From Basidiobolus meristosporus CBS 931.73 (Eukaryota; Fungi; Basidiobolomycota), in contig MCFE01000025.1 in the NCBI GenBank assembly GCA_002104905.1, positions 1-64,000 of the forward strand: DNA of 64,000 bases, read 5' to 3'. The position numbers and the translations under genes are program-made. Positions 11,667-24,700 of the stretch are shown here, one piece after another. The notes under the pieces are model-generated. The model was not told the DNA's origin, did not search any database, and worked only from the letters and a program-made list of their open reading frames with translations. Each line of letters opens with the position of its first letter. Positions within the stretch are counted from its first letter, which is position 1.

Positions 11667-12894
11667 ATGACTTCGACTTACTTTAAGCCTGGTGTGTATG
11701 ACATCAAAGTTGGGTCTACGTTCGAAGACAAGAATGACGACTCCTTCTATACGTTCAGATGTAGGAAAACTCGAGGTCCGTTTTGTTGTGCGTACGACAT
11801 ACTTATTTCTCTCCATCCCTAGACAATTTCAAGCCCGATTCGATCGATTACGCCAAAGATGCAACCTTACAAAAGGAGGCTGACGGCCAGTTTTCTGTCG
11901 AATTCCAGAGTCACCAGGTATACACAGCTTGGAATTCCGCTTTCTGTTCAAGCTAACCTATCCGATTTTAAGGAAGGGGAAACCCATTCTTTCAAGGGCA
12001 CCCAGACTCCCTCCAAAGATATAGAATGTCTTCTTATTTACGATGAGGAGACAGGGGTATGCATTCTTCTTCAATGGTTTTGCTACCTCGATGCTAACTC
12101 ATTATCCAGACTTTTACACTTGAACGTCAAGCCTCCGCATTTACTTTGAAGAATGTTCGACGTTCAAAGGCGACAGATATGGAATTAGATCCCACACCTT
12201 CCCTAGTCTTACCTGCTTCGTCAAGCGTCCCCAAATCACCAGGTGTCGGGGTTACTCCAGGCTCTGAGAAGGATGGTGATGAAATGGACCTGGATCTTGA
12301 CACGATGTTAGAGGAGGAGATTGACAAAGCCCTCGATGCTGAGCTCGGGGAATTGGATGGAGACGACGAGAAATCAGGGGACGAATTCGAAGAAGTTGAA
12401 GTTCCAGAGATCAAAGCGCCTCCACCAGAGCCTTATCCACGCACACCCAGTCCAGCCCGCTCTCCCTCACGATCACCTTCCCGGACAGATAAAGGCAGGA
12501 AAGATACTAAGCGTGGATCATTCAGTTCCTCTTCATTCTCTTCCTCCGGGTCTGGTTCGAGTTCCTCCGGCTCAGAGTCCGATTCCGGATCCAGCTCATC
12601 CGGGTCCAGCTCCAGCTCGGGGTCTAGCTCGGGATCAGACTCGGATAGCTTTTCAGATTTGGAAAAGGATATCGAATCGGGAGTCAACTCCGATTCGAAA
12701 AAGAAAAAGCCATCCACTGAGGAGCCCAAGGTATTTTTCACGTAGAATTCTAATGTTCTTGCTCATTCACTAATCATCAACATAAATCACAGGCACATAG
12801 CGGTCCTATCTCCTTGAGTGCTCTCTTAGGGGACGATGATGACGACGGCAATGAGAGAGACGAAGCCGGGATCACTTCAAGTGATGAGGATTAA
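11667..12894 (+). CDS. EAF: ELL-associated factor (EAF family transcription elongation factor), multi-exon
   Basis: N-terminal EAF-type motifs FYTFR|YNFKPDSID and HSFKGTQTPSKDIECLLIYDEETG|TFTLE, followed by an acidic/Ser-rich tail ending GPISLSALLGDDDD...SSDED*. Confidence 0.75.
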
Positions 12895-13004
12895 CAACAA
12901 CGCAACCTTACTTTTACACTGTATGTACATTATATTAATAAACCTTGATTTCATAATATGTATCATATAGGTGTTGTTTATTTACATGGGGCTATACAAT
13001 TACT

Positions 13005-14100
13005 TCACACGGATATTGCTCTAGACACAAGGTTCTCGTTCTCGATGTAAGGAGGTGGTTGTACAAATGGCGAGTTGGGAGTCTCTGAGAACGTGTATGG
13101 CGGCAACGACTGGACTACGTCCCTGGTGTTCGATGACAACACGAGCACTGGCACCTCTAGAGAGACTACTCTGGTTCCCAAGTGCGCATCCTTCAATTTG
13201 ACTTTGAAAGCCAATATATGGTCGACAGTGAACCATTTGGTATTGCAACTGAAGTGAACGTTGCGTGGAGAAATGCGGACATTTAAAGAGAGAGATTGAG
13301 ACTGTAATTCCCGTGGGGAGATGCTGCTCAGCTTGATCCAACTCTCCTCAACAAGATTAGTGTCAGCCTTGGGTATATGGTTGGTGATATTCTCTCTGAT
13401 ATAGCAACCAACTTTCAGGATTTGGGTGGTAGACCGGATCCGGTCAAGCTTGAAGTCGACAGGAATATTCTCGTCGAATCCCACCATCCTGCTAGGCAGG
13501 CTGATTTCGTATGTTAGGATATTGCTCCATTCGGAGCAGAGATGGACAGCCTGGGCAAGCTCGGAATTGAACAAATCAGGGTAGCGACGAACAATGATTT
13601 CCTTTCTCGTCACCGTGTTTCCTCGCAAAAAGCCTCGATATAAGGTTGCTTCCAGCTTGTATTCGATCCCACCGTTATCCAAGTGGATGGTCACAGGCAA
13701 AGAGCCGTTGAAGACATACTCGAAGTCAAAGGTATGTACACCCGCCGGCAAAGTGTGGTTTTTTGGTCCAGGCTTCACAAGTTCCCATCTTCTATCAACC
13801 AAAGCGTTATTTGAAAAATGCAAAATTGACTGGTTACCACGAACTTGAAAGGACAAACGATAATTAGCCCAAACGAACTTCTGGTCAATAGTGTGCGTCT
13901 ACTCTCTTACCTTCATTCCAATTTTGATAAACAACCCCCAGCAATTGGAGGTCTAACGAGACGAAAGATATCGCCTCCTTAAGATTCAGTATCACGCTAC
14001 CCCTCAGTAGAGCACCCGCGGACTCGGGCGGTGAGCCGTTGAAAGCAAGAACCTGTTGCTCCAACAATATCTCTAGTGATAGCTTCTTCTTGATAATCAT
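13005..14100 (-). CDS. Alpha-arrestin (arrestin-N/-C domains with PY motifs), 2 exons
   Basis: Exon 1 LRGSVILNLKEAISFVSLDLQLLG; exon 2 LPAGVHTFDFEYVFNGSLPVTI...GGIEYKLEA...WSNILTYEISLP; C-terminal LPPY and PPPY motifs. Confidence 0.9.
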
Positions 14101-14611
14101 GGAATAATATGGCAGCACGGTGAAATCTATTAGCGCTGCCAATACGGTTATATATATTTGGCAATGTTTCCTAGCCCCAAGTAATGCAATATCTTCAATA
14201 GAATTTCATTGGGAGCGAAAATCCCTCATTCCCAGAGATCCTGATTCGCCCAAATCCAGAGTAGCAGGTGATGAGCGATTTTTGCTCAGGAGTATTTGGT
14301 AACCAATTACACGTTAACCTGCTTCGTGACCATGGTCAAGGTGAAATTCCACACACTAACAAATATTTACGACTTCTCGGTTAACTTATTCGTGATATTA
14401 ACCAACAACGTCAGTACCACCAATCAAGGAATTCTGCACCACATGGGCCACGAGAAACAGAACCGAACCCCTTGAACCCAAATGCAATTATCAGTGCCAA
14501 TGTTCTCTAAATGACCTATAAGGTTTATCTGCTCCCTGATTGCGATAAGGGAGGGCTGTTTGCTCTTCACGTGCGATGATCATCTCGGCGCCTTACAAAA
14601 CCTTTTACTAA

Positions 14612-14739
14612 TTCTAGAAGCATTTTTCAACAACAGCACCTAACTATTTCTAGAAGCATTTTTCAACAACAGCACCTAATTATTTCTAGAAGCATTTTTC
14701 AACAACAGCACCTAACTATTTCTAGAAGCATTTTTTCAA
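14612..14739. repeat. 36-bp minisatellite, about 3.5 copies
   Basis: Unit TTCTAGAAGCATTTTTCAACAACAGCACCTAACTAT starts at 14612, 14648, 14684 and 14720; head-to-tail, no spacers. Confidence 0.95.
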
Positions 14740-15836
14740 TGGCAACATTCCACCAGCTCTAGGATTAATATCAAAATCGAAATACTCCCCAGCCACAGGA
14801 AGTTTTTTCTATTTCAGTCCTAAGGTTTATTCCATGCTAACTTTATTTGATCCCACCCCCTAGTTTTCCCCAAAAATCATATTAAGGAGATTTGGAGGGA
14901 AAACCTTTGACCGGCAGTTGAATAGACAATGGGGAGTTTTAAGACTGTTGAGGAGTGCATGCCTCGGTCTAACGCATACAATGGTGGCCCACTAATTTGT
15001 GTTGATAGGCATTCGCAACCAGCATCGGGCCAACCATTGAGCTAACCATTGAACCACTGCACGGCTATATGTATGTAGCACAATATTGCGATCACCGAAT
15101 ATCCATACGGACATATCCTCCTTTAGCTTATTAAAATATCACAGATCTTGCGCTTTAGATGTATCGTAATCACCGAGACCTTAATCAGGCCATTCCGCAC
15201 GTGTTAGTCAATGCCGAAGGAATGCGATGGTTTTGCAGAGGAAATACGACAGTTTAGGGGAGGGGAAGCACATCTGTATGGTTTTCGTCGAGTGTCGTGT
15301 GGCTAAATATAGTATATGCTCGTGCTCAGGATAGTGGTGACTATATAGTTGAGATACAGCTCCCACGCAGATGCAATGCCTACTATCGTGTATCGGCCCC
15401 TATCCCCAAGAAATTTGCCAGAGTGACCCAAGGTGTTGATTCGAAGGCATAAAGTGACAACAACCTTCAGTGTTTTGGCTGCATTGCAACAAGAATAGAT
15501 GGGTTCAACGAAATTCCGACTAGCAATTAGCCTGGGTTCCAGATCTCTTGCGTCCAAAAGGCCCTGAAACGTAGGTTGATACTGGGCCATTGCTTCAATA
15601 AATATGTATATGTCACGAACAGCATCCCAGACGTTTCAATTGAATATATTTAAGGTTAGTGAATAATGATCCATCAGTAGGATCCGTTGATATCTTCCGA
15701 TATGTTTTCTTTAAATAGCAGCGGTAGCGCGCGATGGAGAGTCAGATCTCCCACTTTTTGCATCTCATCCTCACGTTTCTTCCACCTTTTTATATACTGC
15801 ATTCACTCCATTTCAGTACCACACAAATACCAAACC

Positions 15837-16390
15837 ATGGCCTACTCGATTGCTCGCGCCCAACATAACCCTAACTACAAGGCTCTTCCACACACATTGA
15901 TCAGTAAGTCCATAGACATCCCCGTTCCACCTCCAACATCGTACTAATCGAGCCATCAGATTTCACCGCCGAATCGATGTGTAGCCTTTTGAACTGTAAA
16001 AATCGCCCATTAGTGCACATTTCCTTACCAGAGCTCTTGCTGTTCATTGAGCGTCTCACCGAAAGGTCGGGAATTAACACCATCACAGGGGTGGTTGCAC
16101 TTATATACGTCTACCGACTAAAGGCGAGACTTCCCGCAAGGGCCCAGGGGGAGTACGGGACCTCCCACCGGATCTTTCTGTCGAGCTTGCTGGTCGCTTC
16201 GAAGTATTTATACGGGGAGGAGAGTTTAAACAATCGCGCCATGGCCGAGATTTCTGGGGTGTTCACCACCGCGCAGGTGAACCTCATGGAGAAAGAATTC
16301 CTCGGCCTGTTGGATTATCAGGTCTGGGTCAACGACGAGGAGATTCGGGATTTCCTTGAAGAGCATAAAGCAGAGCTTTGCTTCTTTTAA
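15837..16390 (+). CDS. Pho85-type (Pcl) cyclin, 2 exons
   Basis: LPELLLFIERLTERS...VVALIYVYRLKARLP...GTSHRIFLSSLLVASKYL...NNRAMAEISGVFTTAQVNLMEKEFLGLLDY is a Pcl1/2-like cyclin box. Confidence 0.9.
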
Positions 16391-17398
16391 ACCACACCGC
16401 GATTCGACGGAATCCACGATATCCTCCACGCCCTTTCCATCCGTTGATTGTGATGTAGATATTCATGTATATAGTTAATCTAATCCTAGTATTATAAACG
16501 ACAGTCCATTTTGCTATGTTGCGTATCAGAACCCATCCTGATAGATACCAAGCACTCACCCAGCTGCATAGTAATAGTCTTGGGTATCCAACCTAACGCC
16601 AGATACACCGATTGTCAGATAAGCACATGTCATCGATTGTCAAGGTTTTAACCGCGATCCTCTCCACAGTCCACGGAAATAAATGCTATTCGATGACAGG
16701 TGATCTGCTTCTCGATTTGCCAGATTGGGTGGGTGTGACATATCTGGTAGGACATTGTACTTCTTCCTCTAGTTGGTGGAGCATCGTCCCTCTTCCTCTG
16801 TCCACGTTAGGTCTAGGTGCTGATGTGATGCACGGGATGGTCATCTGCAGTCACACCAACCAGACCTGGTTGGTCGCAGATGGATATTATCAGCAGGCCT
16901 ACTCGTACGATATATGACGTTGGGAGCGACACCACCCGGTTGTTGATAACCCGAATCATCATTACAATCCTGATTGTAGAGTGGTCGATAATTATCCGAA
17001 TCATCATTACCACCCTGATTGTAGGATTCTGATCTCTATTGTTCTTATTATTATTATATACGCTTACCTTCTATCTGTCGATAATGTAGCGTCATGGGAT
17101 GCATTATCCGATATGTCGAACAGATTGCCTTGAGTTAGGTATTGTGAATTAATACAAACATGGTCACCAATTGCGTTCATTGAGTGTTGGATGGTCAGTT
17201 ACACTATTGTTCCGACTGGCAGTGCTGGCTAGTCCAGGTTTGTCCACATCTGCGATTAGTTTAATAGTTGGTTTATTTTTACAGATTTTTTGATTTGATT
17301 ATTGGCATGGAGGGAATTCAGGTCCAAGATTCAGATTCATGACTTGTGAGAATTAGCATATACATAGGGGTGACCGGTACAAGCCTATCCAATAGACC

Positions 17399-20300
17399 TC
17401 ACAATGGTATCTCTTGCTTGGTGCTTATCACATTTAGCGCGGTAGGTATCAGTAGCTCCCAGGCCCCGCCGCAAACACAAACCTTGCGGAACATGGACTG
17501 CCAAGGAGTGAGCATCCCATGTGGATCGTTTTCATCGATTTCCGCGGCCGAGTAACGAAGGCATCTGGTTGGTAAAAAAATAGCTGATGCATAAGCAAAC
17601 GTGTCACCTGTGGAGGGGATAAGGTAGGTCAAACCTTTTGCATTGTGAAATGTGATTTGCTTTCAGTAGCCGAGTCTTGCGAATAACGTCGATACACCCT
17701 TTAGCATGTTCGAATTGCTTCTTGGAATCCAATTTAGACCTTAATCCTTGGTCAACCTTGCGCAACTCCAACCATTCCAAGTCGTAAAAGAAAATGTTTG
17801 TAGCCTCGAAAAGCGCAGCGAAGTGCTGCGTGAATTTCTCTTGAATTTGTTTAACCGAGTCGTGAAGCTGTGAAGAGACAACTGACTCTGCAACAGTAAT
17901 GCTATCGATTTCATGCCGATCGGCGCCTAAGCATGTAAAATATCAGTAACCTATCGAGTGGACTCGTGCTTACATCCAGATAACATTACCCAAGGATTTC
18001 TTCTGCTCTTCGATAACGGACGAAATTTGGCCAAAGTAGTCATGCAGGTCGTTGATTTTAACTGGTCGCGTTGCCATTATTTCGTTGAGGGCTTTTAAGC
18101 ATTCTCTGCTTTCTTCAGAGTTGCTCTGCTCAAGATGAAGCTTCAGTCCACTGATCAGGAAAAGAATGTTTCGAATATTGAACACTAGATGTGGTCGATA
18201 ATAAAGCGCCAAATGGGAGGGACTTGAATATATATCCGAAGCAGTGTCTATAAATATGATATTAAAATGCATGTCGTGCGTAACCCGACTTGGTTCAACT
18301 CGAGATGTACCTGATGCTGTTTTGGGTGGGCCAGTTATTTTGAAAAAGGAATCCGTATTTCGTAAAATGAATACGCAGCTATCCAGAACCCATGCAACAA
18401 GAGGAAGGAGAGACTTTATAGTATCCGGATCAAATTCTTGTGGCTTGAATGTTAAATCCTTCACATTCTCCTCAAGATAAGTTTTGATCTCGTCAAGATC
18501 TTCGCGGCAACTAGCCATAAAGGCTTCGTGAATGAATTGATACTGCAAAGCTAGGTAGACGTTGATGAATTGTATTGGCTTCCCATTGGCATATTTGAAC
18601 ATGAGAAGCTGTGTAGCAGAGACTCGTCTGATCAAAGCTAAATCGAGGGTAATCTCATGTCTCTCGGCAGCAGTATACAAGACAACGTGAAGCCTTTTGA
18701 GGATCTTTTCCGGGAATTCTGTGATCGTTCAATCTGTATTAGGAAAGGTCACTGTCAATCTCTCAAATCTAGTGTTTTACTCTTGTCTTTGTTCTGCTTC
18801 GTTAATCGAAGAACCGCTTCAATTAAATCAGTCGGATCGACGTTGTTCAATATGCATAGAGCCAGTTGGCAACTCAGCTGATTTGTAGCGATTGTTATAT
18901 CTATATAGACATCGCCATTTAGGGCATTTCAAGTTGATGTTGAGAAGGGCTGATAACCTTACCTGAATCAAAAGCAATATCAAGTGGTAATTTACGGAAT
19001 TGTCCAGTTGAATCTAACACAAGGAGGAAAATATCGTTTGGAGAAGCGCAACAATCTAAAGGGAAGGCTTTGGCGCAATCTGGGTGAATGCTTGATACTA
19101 GTACGATACCATTGTATGCACTTACTGGGTCGCTCATCCTCATTGCCACATATACTTGTATAACCAACTGAACTCAAAGTTATGCTAATTCAAGTAAAGA
19201 ATGAGTTAGTTGAGATTCGGGCAACAGGCGGGCTAATGCCCAGGCGGCCAATCTTACTGACCTATCCCTGAGTTCAAGTTTTCCATTTGAAAGGCCGAGA
19301 CAGATCTGCTGCTTTGATTTCAGCAGAACAACACATGTAACGATGGCCTCCTCAATCTCGGCGTTGCAGACATAATCTAGTATCTACACCAGTAGCCCTG
19401 TTTTCAGTATTGTGCTCTACTTCTAAATATAATATTTGACCATATACCCGCTTTGTAATGCTGGGCGGTTTGTCTGAATCTGAAGAGCCGATATTCCGAA
19501 AGGCAGAGTGCAACTGCACCTCAGATTCTTTCAATTCCCAACAGTAAAGTTTACTGATGTACTTCGCGTCCGGAGCATCTAGAGATCATGGGTCAGACCA
19601 CAATTAACCTGCTTCAGCAGTAAATTTCTGTACCTTGGTTTGTCCCAGTGATGATTAGGATCCGTGTGTTTCTTTCACTAGTGGGGGGTAATAATTTGAG
19701 ATGTAGTAGCGAGCAGTGCGGATTCTCCAAGAAATGGGAGTCTATGGCCTGATCTGATAGATGGATCTTGGCAACCGATTCGCATTGAATAGCTAAAGCT
19801 TGTGTAATGGTGAATAAAATGAAACATCCATTCTCGGTTCAAAAATATGTAACTACCAGGATCAACCGCTAAAAACTGGACAACCACTTCAAAGAGAGAT
19901 AGCATCTTGGTTTGGGAATTTGCTTGGTATACCGCCAACAAGAGTTTTCCATCTAAGCCAGAGAGATCATTTAGAACAGGAAAAAGGAAACAGATGAGCT
20001 GGGCAACGCACTATCCGTAAGAACAACATCACAATGAGAGATACGGTTGCCATCGCCATTCTTTCCACCGAAATAGGGAAGAGATGCCTCCAATTGGGAG
20101 AATAACGTCCCTTCGTGTTGAAAGTGAACGACAATCTAGAGTAGATAGTATGTATCAGAATTACGTTACAATAAAATCATTCCGAAAGAATACGAACCCT
20201 TCCAGAGGCCAAAATAACCAGAAATGCCAAATGACCGAATGGATTGCGAGGCCCTTTAAACGGGGATCTAGAGAAATGGCATGTGCCATCTTCAGTTGTA

Positions 20301-21090
20301 TCCATCTGGGTGTCGTCTAAATTTTGCTTGAAGGGAGACTTTATATGATACTAATATGAACCCCAAAAGTTAGTCGAGATGAATGCGCGTTTCAATATGC
20401 AAAGTGATTCATACATCTCTATCGGTATGTAGCCATTCGAAATGGATCACGGGTTGTTCGAAATTAGCCTCGTATATACACAACCATTCGTTAATGTAAG
20501 TCTGTGTTGAGATATCTCTAATTTAGTCGGGGAAGCTTCAAGAATCTCTATTCCAGGTACTGACCTTGTTTTCCCACAAAACCACTTTTCCGGATTCATC
20601 GATGGAGGCTAAACAGGCTCCTCGCTGGTTCCAAACGAAATCAACCACTTTGTGTTTTTCGTGATGGCGATTTGCGATGTCCACGGGAATCGGGTTGCTG
20701 GAGAAATCGCATACATCTGTGTTGGGTGTATTAACAGCAGTGGTTATCTGCGAGCTAAATGTAATATTAATGAGCTAAAAATAACACGGCATTTGCGAGG
20801 AGGAAAGAGATATTAACGTTTTTAATTGAGTTCCGGACTTAATCGTGGGATCGATGGTTTGAGTCGAAGGATTCGTTGCGTGGGCGATGATATTTTGAGA
20901 TGACCAGCTTGATAGTCTTTAAAGACGTAAAAAAATTGCCTTCAATAAGTACATCCGAAAAAGACCAAGTCGCGTCACTAGCGCGGATATCTCAATCAAG
21001 TACTCACCGACTTTTTCCCTGAAAGCAGAGGGAGGAGTAGATATATTCCAATTTATTCCAAGGTGTTAGTGGTGTATCTGTTTGCGTCAT
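17399..21090 (-). CDS. MED16: Mediator subunit 16 (Sin4), many exons
   Basis: Assembled exons give SWSSQNIIAH, VVDFVWNQRGACLASIDESGKVVLWENK, SLLPLVAWVLDSCVFILRN, and a C-terminal IDVIRKTRLL...CKR|C...W...FRKVCVCGGAW zinc-ribbon typical of Med16. Start and internal exon boundaries are approximate. Confidence 0.75.
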
Positions 21091-21769
21091 CTCTATTCAC
21101 GGTCTTGAAGCGCCAACTGATACTTGGCTTATTCTAGAAGCAAATTCACCTTGGAAATTTGTCATGTAAAACTTGGTTTCTACAAATTGGCTCATACAAT
21201 GGGGTCCGTTAAGCTGACCCTAGAAATTAATTTTAATCTTGAATTAGACTCGGTTATATATAAGTAGATTTTGACAATCCTCGAAGTCGACGAATTGCGT
21301 AACATATCTGCTAAATTACATAGCATTGATACATCCGACACATCGTAAGCTTATTCCGAAGACTCAACAAATCGATTGTCTAACACAATTCATATGATCA
21401 ACAAGAATGAGAAAAATTTTGAGTATCCACATGTAGTTTGAGCATTTAATCAAAATAAACAATTCTGTTTTCCACCACTTATGATAACTGATTGGCGGAT
21501 ATCCGATAGTGTTTTGAATTGTTTTCTTATGGAAAAACATCTAGAAGAGGATCATTTGCTTCGATAAAGCCATAATCACAATCACAGCTAATGCTCACCT
21601 ACCATTTAACCTCTTTCTGTTTCTAGCGTTATTGTGAATCTTTTCAGTTCTTTATACTTTTCTTAGAATTCCTTTAGGCATAGCTGAACTACTTTTAACG
21701 AGCTATACCTGTATTTGCCATTGAAACATATATCGATCCTTCACACGAACTCAACACATTGCTGGAACA

Positions 21770-24700
21770 ATGGATCCTGATAAAATCAATGTTGCCATCA
21801 GGGCAAGACCCTTAAATCAACGGGAAATTAGTAGTGGACAACGTTCCGAATGGACAATCGAAGGAAATAGTATATGCTTAGCTTCACAAGATAATCGGGC
21901 GCCTACGTCAACATACTACTTTGGTATACTCTAAAGTATTTTGAGACCCTGTTTTGCTGTTCTCTAAGCTAGCTTCTATTATTTAGACAAAATTTTCTCC
22001 GAAGAAGCAGATACAACCGAAATATACGATGTCGTGGCAAAGAATATTATACATTCCACCATGAACGGAGTTAATGGTAGTTTACTGGTTATGATCTGGT
22101 TTTGTTTATTATTCAACTCACACGGTTATTTTCTAAAGGAACCATTTTCGCTTATGGTCAAACTTCTTCTGGTAAAACGGTAAGATAAACAGAGTATTCT
22201 AAGTGTACGCCTTACAAGATTCACTAACTTTGGCAATTTTGTCATCATAGTTTACTATGCACGGTACCAAAGAGGAGCCTGGTATTATCCCTATGGCGAT
22301 CGAAGATATATTTCGCTACATATTGGAGACCCCTGATAGAGAGTTTCTTCTGCGCGTCTCTTATTTGGAAATATACAACGAGGTCATCAAGGATCTGTTG
22401 AATCCAGAAAACGAAAACTTGAATATCCGTCAAGACCCTACACGTGGTGTCTTTGTAGGAAAACTCACCGAAGCTATCGTGCTTAGTCCTGAGGAAGTCA
22501 TACAACTCATGAAGAAAGGAGAAAGCAATCGACACGTTGGTGAAACAAATATGAACGAGAGAAGTAGTCGTTCTCATACGATCTTTCGTATGGTTATCGA
22601 AAGTAGAGAAAGATCCAAGGAGTCGAAACGTGATTCACAAAGTAATGTGGGTGGAGCAGTTAAAGTATCATCCTTGAATCTCGTCGATTTGGCTGGTTCA
22701 GAAAGAGTTGGTCAAACTGGTGCTGAAGGTATCCGTTTGAAAGAAGGAGGACACATTAACAAAAGTTTGCTTGCTCTGGGGACAGTCATTGCTAAGCTAG
22801 CCGAACAAGAGAACGACCGTGGACATATTCCTTATCGTGACTCGAAACTGACTAGAATCTTACAGCCATCACTTGGTGGGAATGCCCGTACAGCTATTAT
22901 CTGTGCCATCACTACTGCAAGTAATTTTTATGAAGAAACGACCAGTACGCTCAAATTTGCCAGCAGAGCCAAGACTATCAGCAACAAACCCGAGGTTAAT
23001 GAAGTTCTTACTGATGAAGTTCTTCTAAAGAGATATAGAAAACAAATCAACTCCTTGAAGAAGCAACTTGACGAAGTTAAAAATCAGAAAGATGACGAAG
23101 ATACTAAGGGGCCCAACCCTGACGAAAAGCTGCAAACCATGCTCAAGGAGAAGGAAGAGGAAAAGACCAGGCTGCTTTCCCACTATGAGAAGCTTAAAAG
23201 AATGATCCTCACTTCTACACACATGAATTCTTCCGCAGCGATTAAAACTGCGCAAAAGGTTAGAAGACGCACTTGGTTCCCAGGGTTCAATAATGATAGA
23301 AATGAAATCAACCAAGAAGGAGCTGACACAGAGCAAAGTAATAACTTTGAGGTCAACCGAAAAGCGGAGCGGGTCAGCATCGTTTCTCAGAAAACCAGTA
23401 CGGAGATTCTTGATCGGGTGACTCATGAGATGACCAAGATCAAGAAAGAAAAAGACGACTTTTCTGCCCGTGTAAATACTTTAGTAGATGATCGTCAAAA
23501 GATTATTTCATCTATAAAGGAGCTTGTTGAATCGGAGCTATCAAATCAACAGCTGGAGACTTTGCCTCAAGAGCTTAAATCACTTGGCAGTTATCTGCAT
23601 GAACTCAAGTCGTCCCTAGAGTACAACAAATGTGTTATTCAGAAGAATGCCGAGGTATACTCTGAAACTGAGCGATTCTTACAAATGGAATCCAAATCCA
23701 TTCAGAATGCATATCAAGAAAAAATCGACGAGTATGAGAAGTCTATCAAATCGTTGCAGGTTACCATCGAGAAAACTCGGAATCAAATGGAGGAATACCG
23801 GAGAGCGCAGAAAGAGGCTATCGAAGAGCGTGACGCCGAAATTCAGGTCGCCAAAAAATCGCTTGCCGATATTGAAAGCAAGTATAACGCCGTTGTAGAG
23901 AACAAAGAGAAGGAATTACTGGCCTCTCAGACTGAGATTCAAACTCTCACTGAAGCAAAAACTTTGCTTGAAGAGCAAGTCGAAGAGATTAATGCTGAAG
24001 CTGATGAGCTTGTTCTGCAGTTCAACACTCAACTTGAAGAAAAACAAGCGGAAATAGAAAATGCCGTTCGAAAGTTAAATGAACTTCAAGAGGAGTACGA
24101 CATAGAATTACAAAATCATCAAGCAGAAATCCAAGATTACCAAGCTCAATTAGAGACCATCGCAGAGGAACATGTGCAGATTGTTCAAAATAGTCAAGAT
24201 GAGCTGAACAATGTCAAGGCGGAGCTTGAGAAGCTACAAGAGGCTAAGGCTCACCTAGAAACTATGAAACAAGAAGAACTCGCACTTTTGAAGGAGCAGA
24301 TGTCACATGAAGCAAAGAAAGCGGAGGAGGAAATTCAACTCATTTCGGAGGCTCGTGATAACGCTAACAGTGACCTAGAAGAATTGAGAACCCAGCTTAC
24401 AGCAATGGAAAGTACCCATGAAGAGAAATCGAGGGAGCTTGAGGATAATATTCGCCGTCTTTCTGAAGAGCAGGAATTGGCTGTTGCTCAGAATGATTCT
24501 CTTAAGAAAGAAATATCTGACATTCAGAGCCAGTATGACTCTCTTGTTGCTGAGCATTCCTCTACGAAAGAAACGATCTATCAGCTAGAGCAGCAGGCTT
24601 CCGAAATGACCTCAACAAATGAGAATCTTCAGAAATCTTACCAAGAAGTAGATGATCAACGCCAATCTCTAGAAGATCGAAATACTGAACTTTTGTCAAA

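Noticed and set aside
14612-14739. 36-bp repeat as a CRISPR array
   Set aside because: Units are head-to-tail with no unique spacers, there are no cas genes, and the context is eukaryotic.
15303-15590. 95-aa minus-strand ORF in the arrestin/cyclin intergenic region
   Set aside because: Has a plausible ATG context but no domain or homology that I can recognise.
20756-20818. Unusual GTTAAT donor in Med16 as a possible U12 intron
   Set aside because: Lacks the RTATCCTT 5' consensus; fits an ordinary GT-AG intron of about 63 nt.
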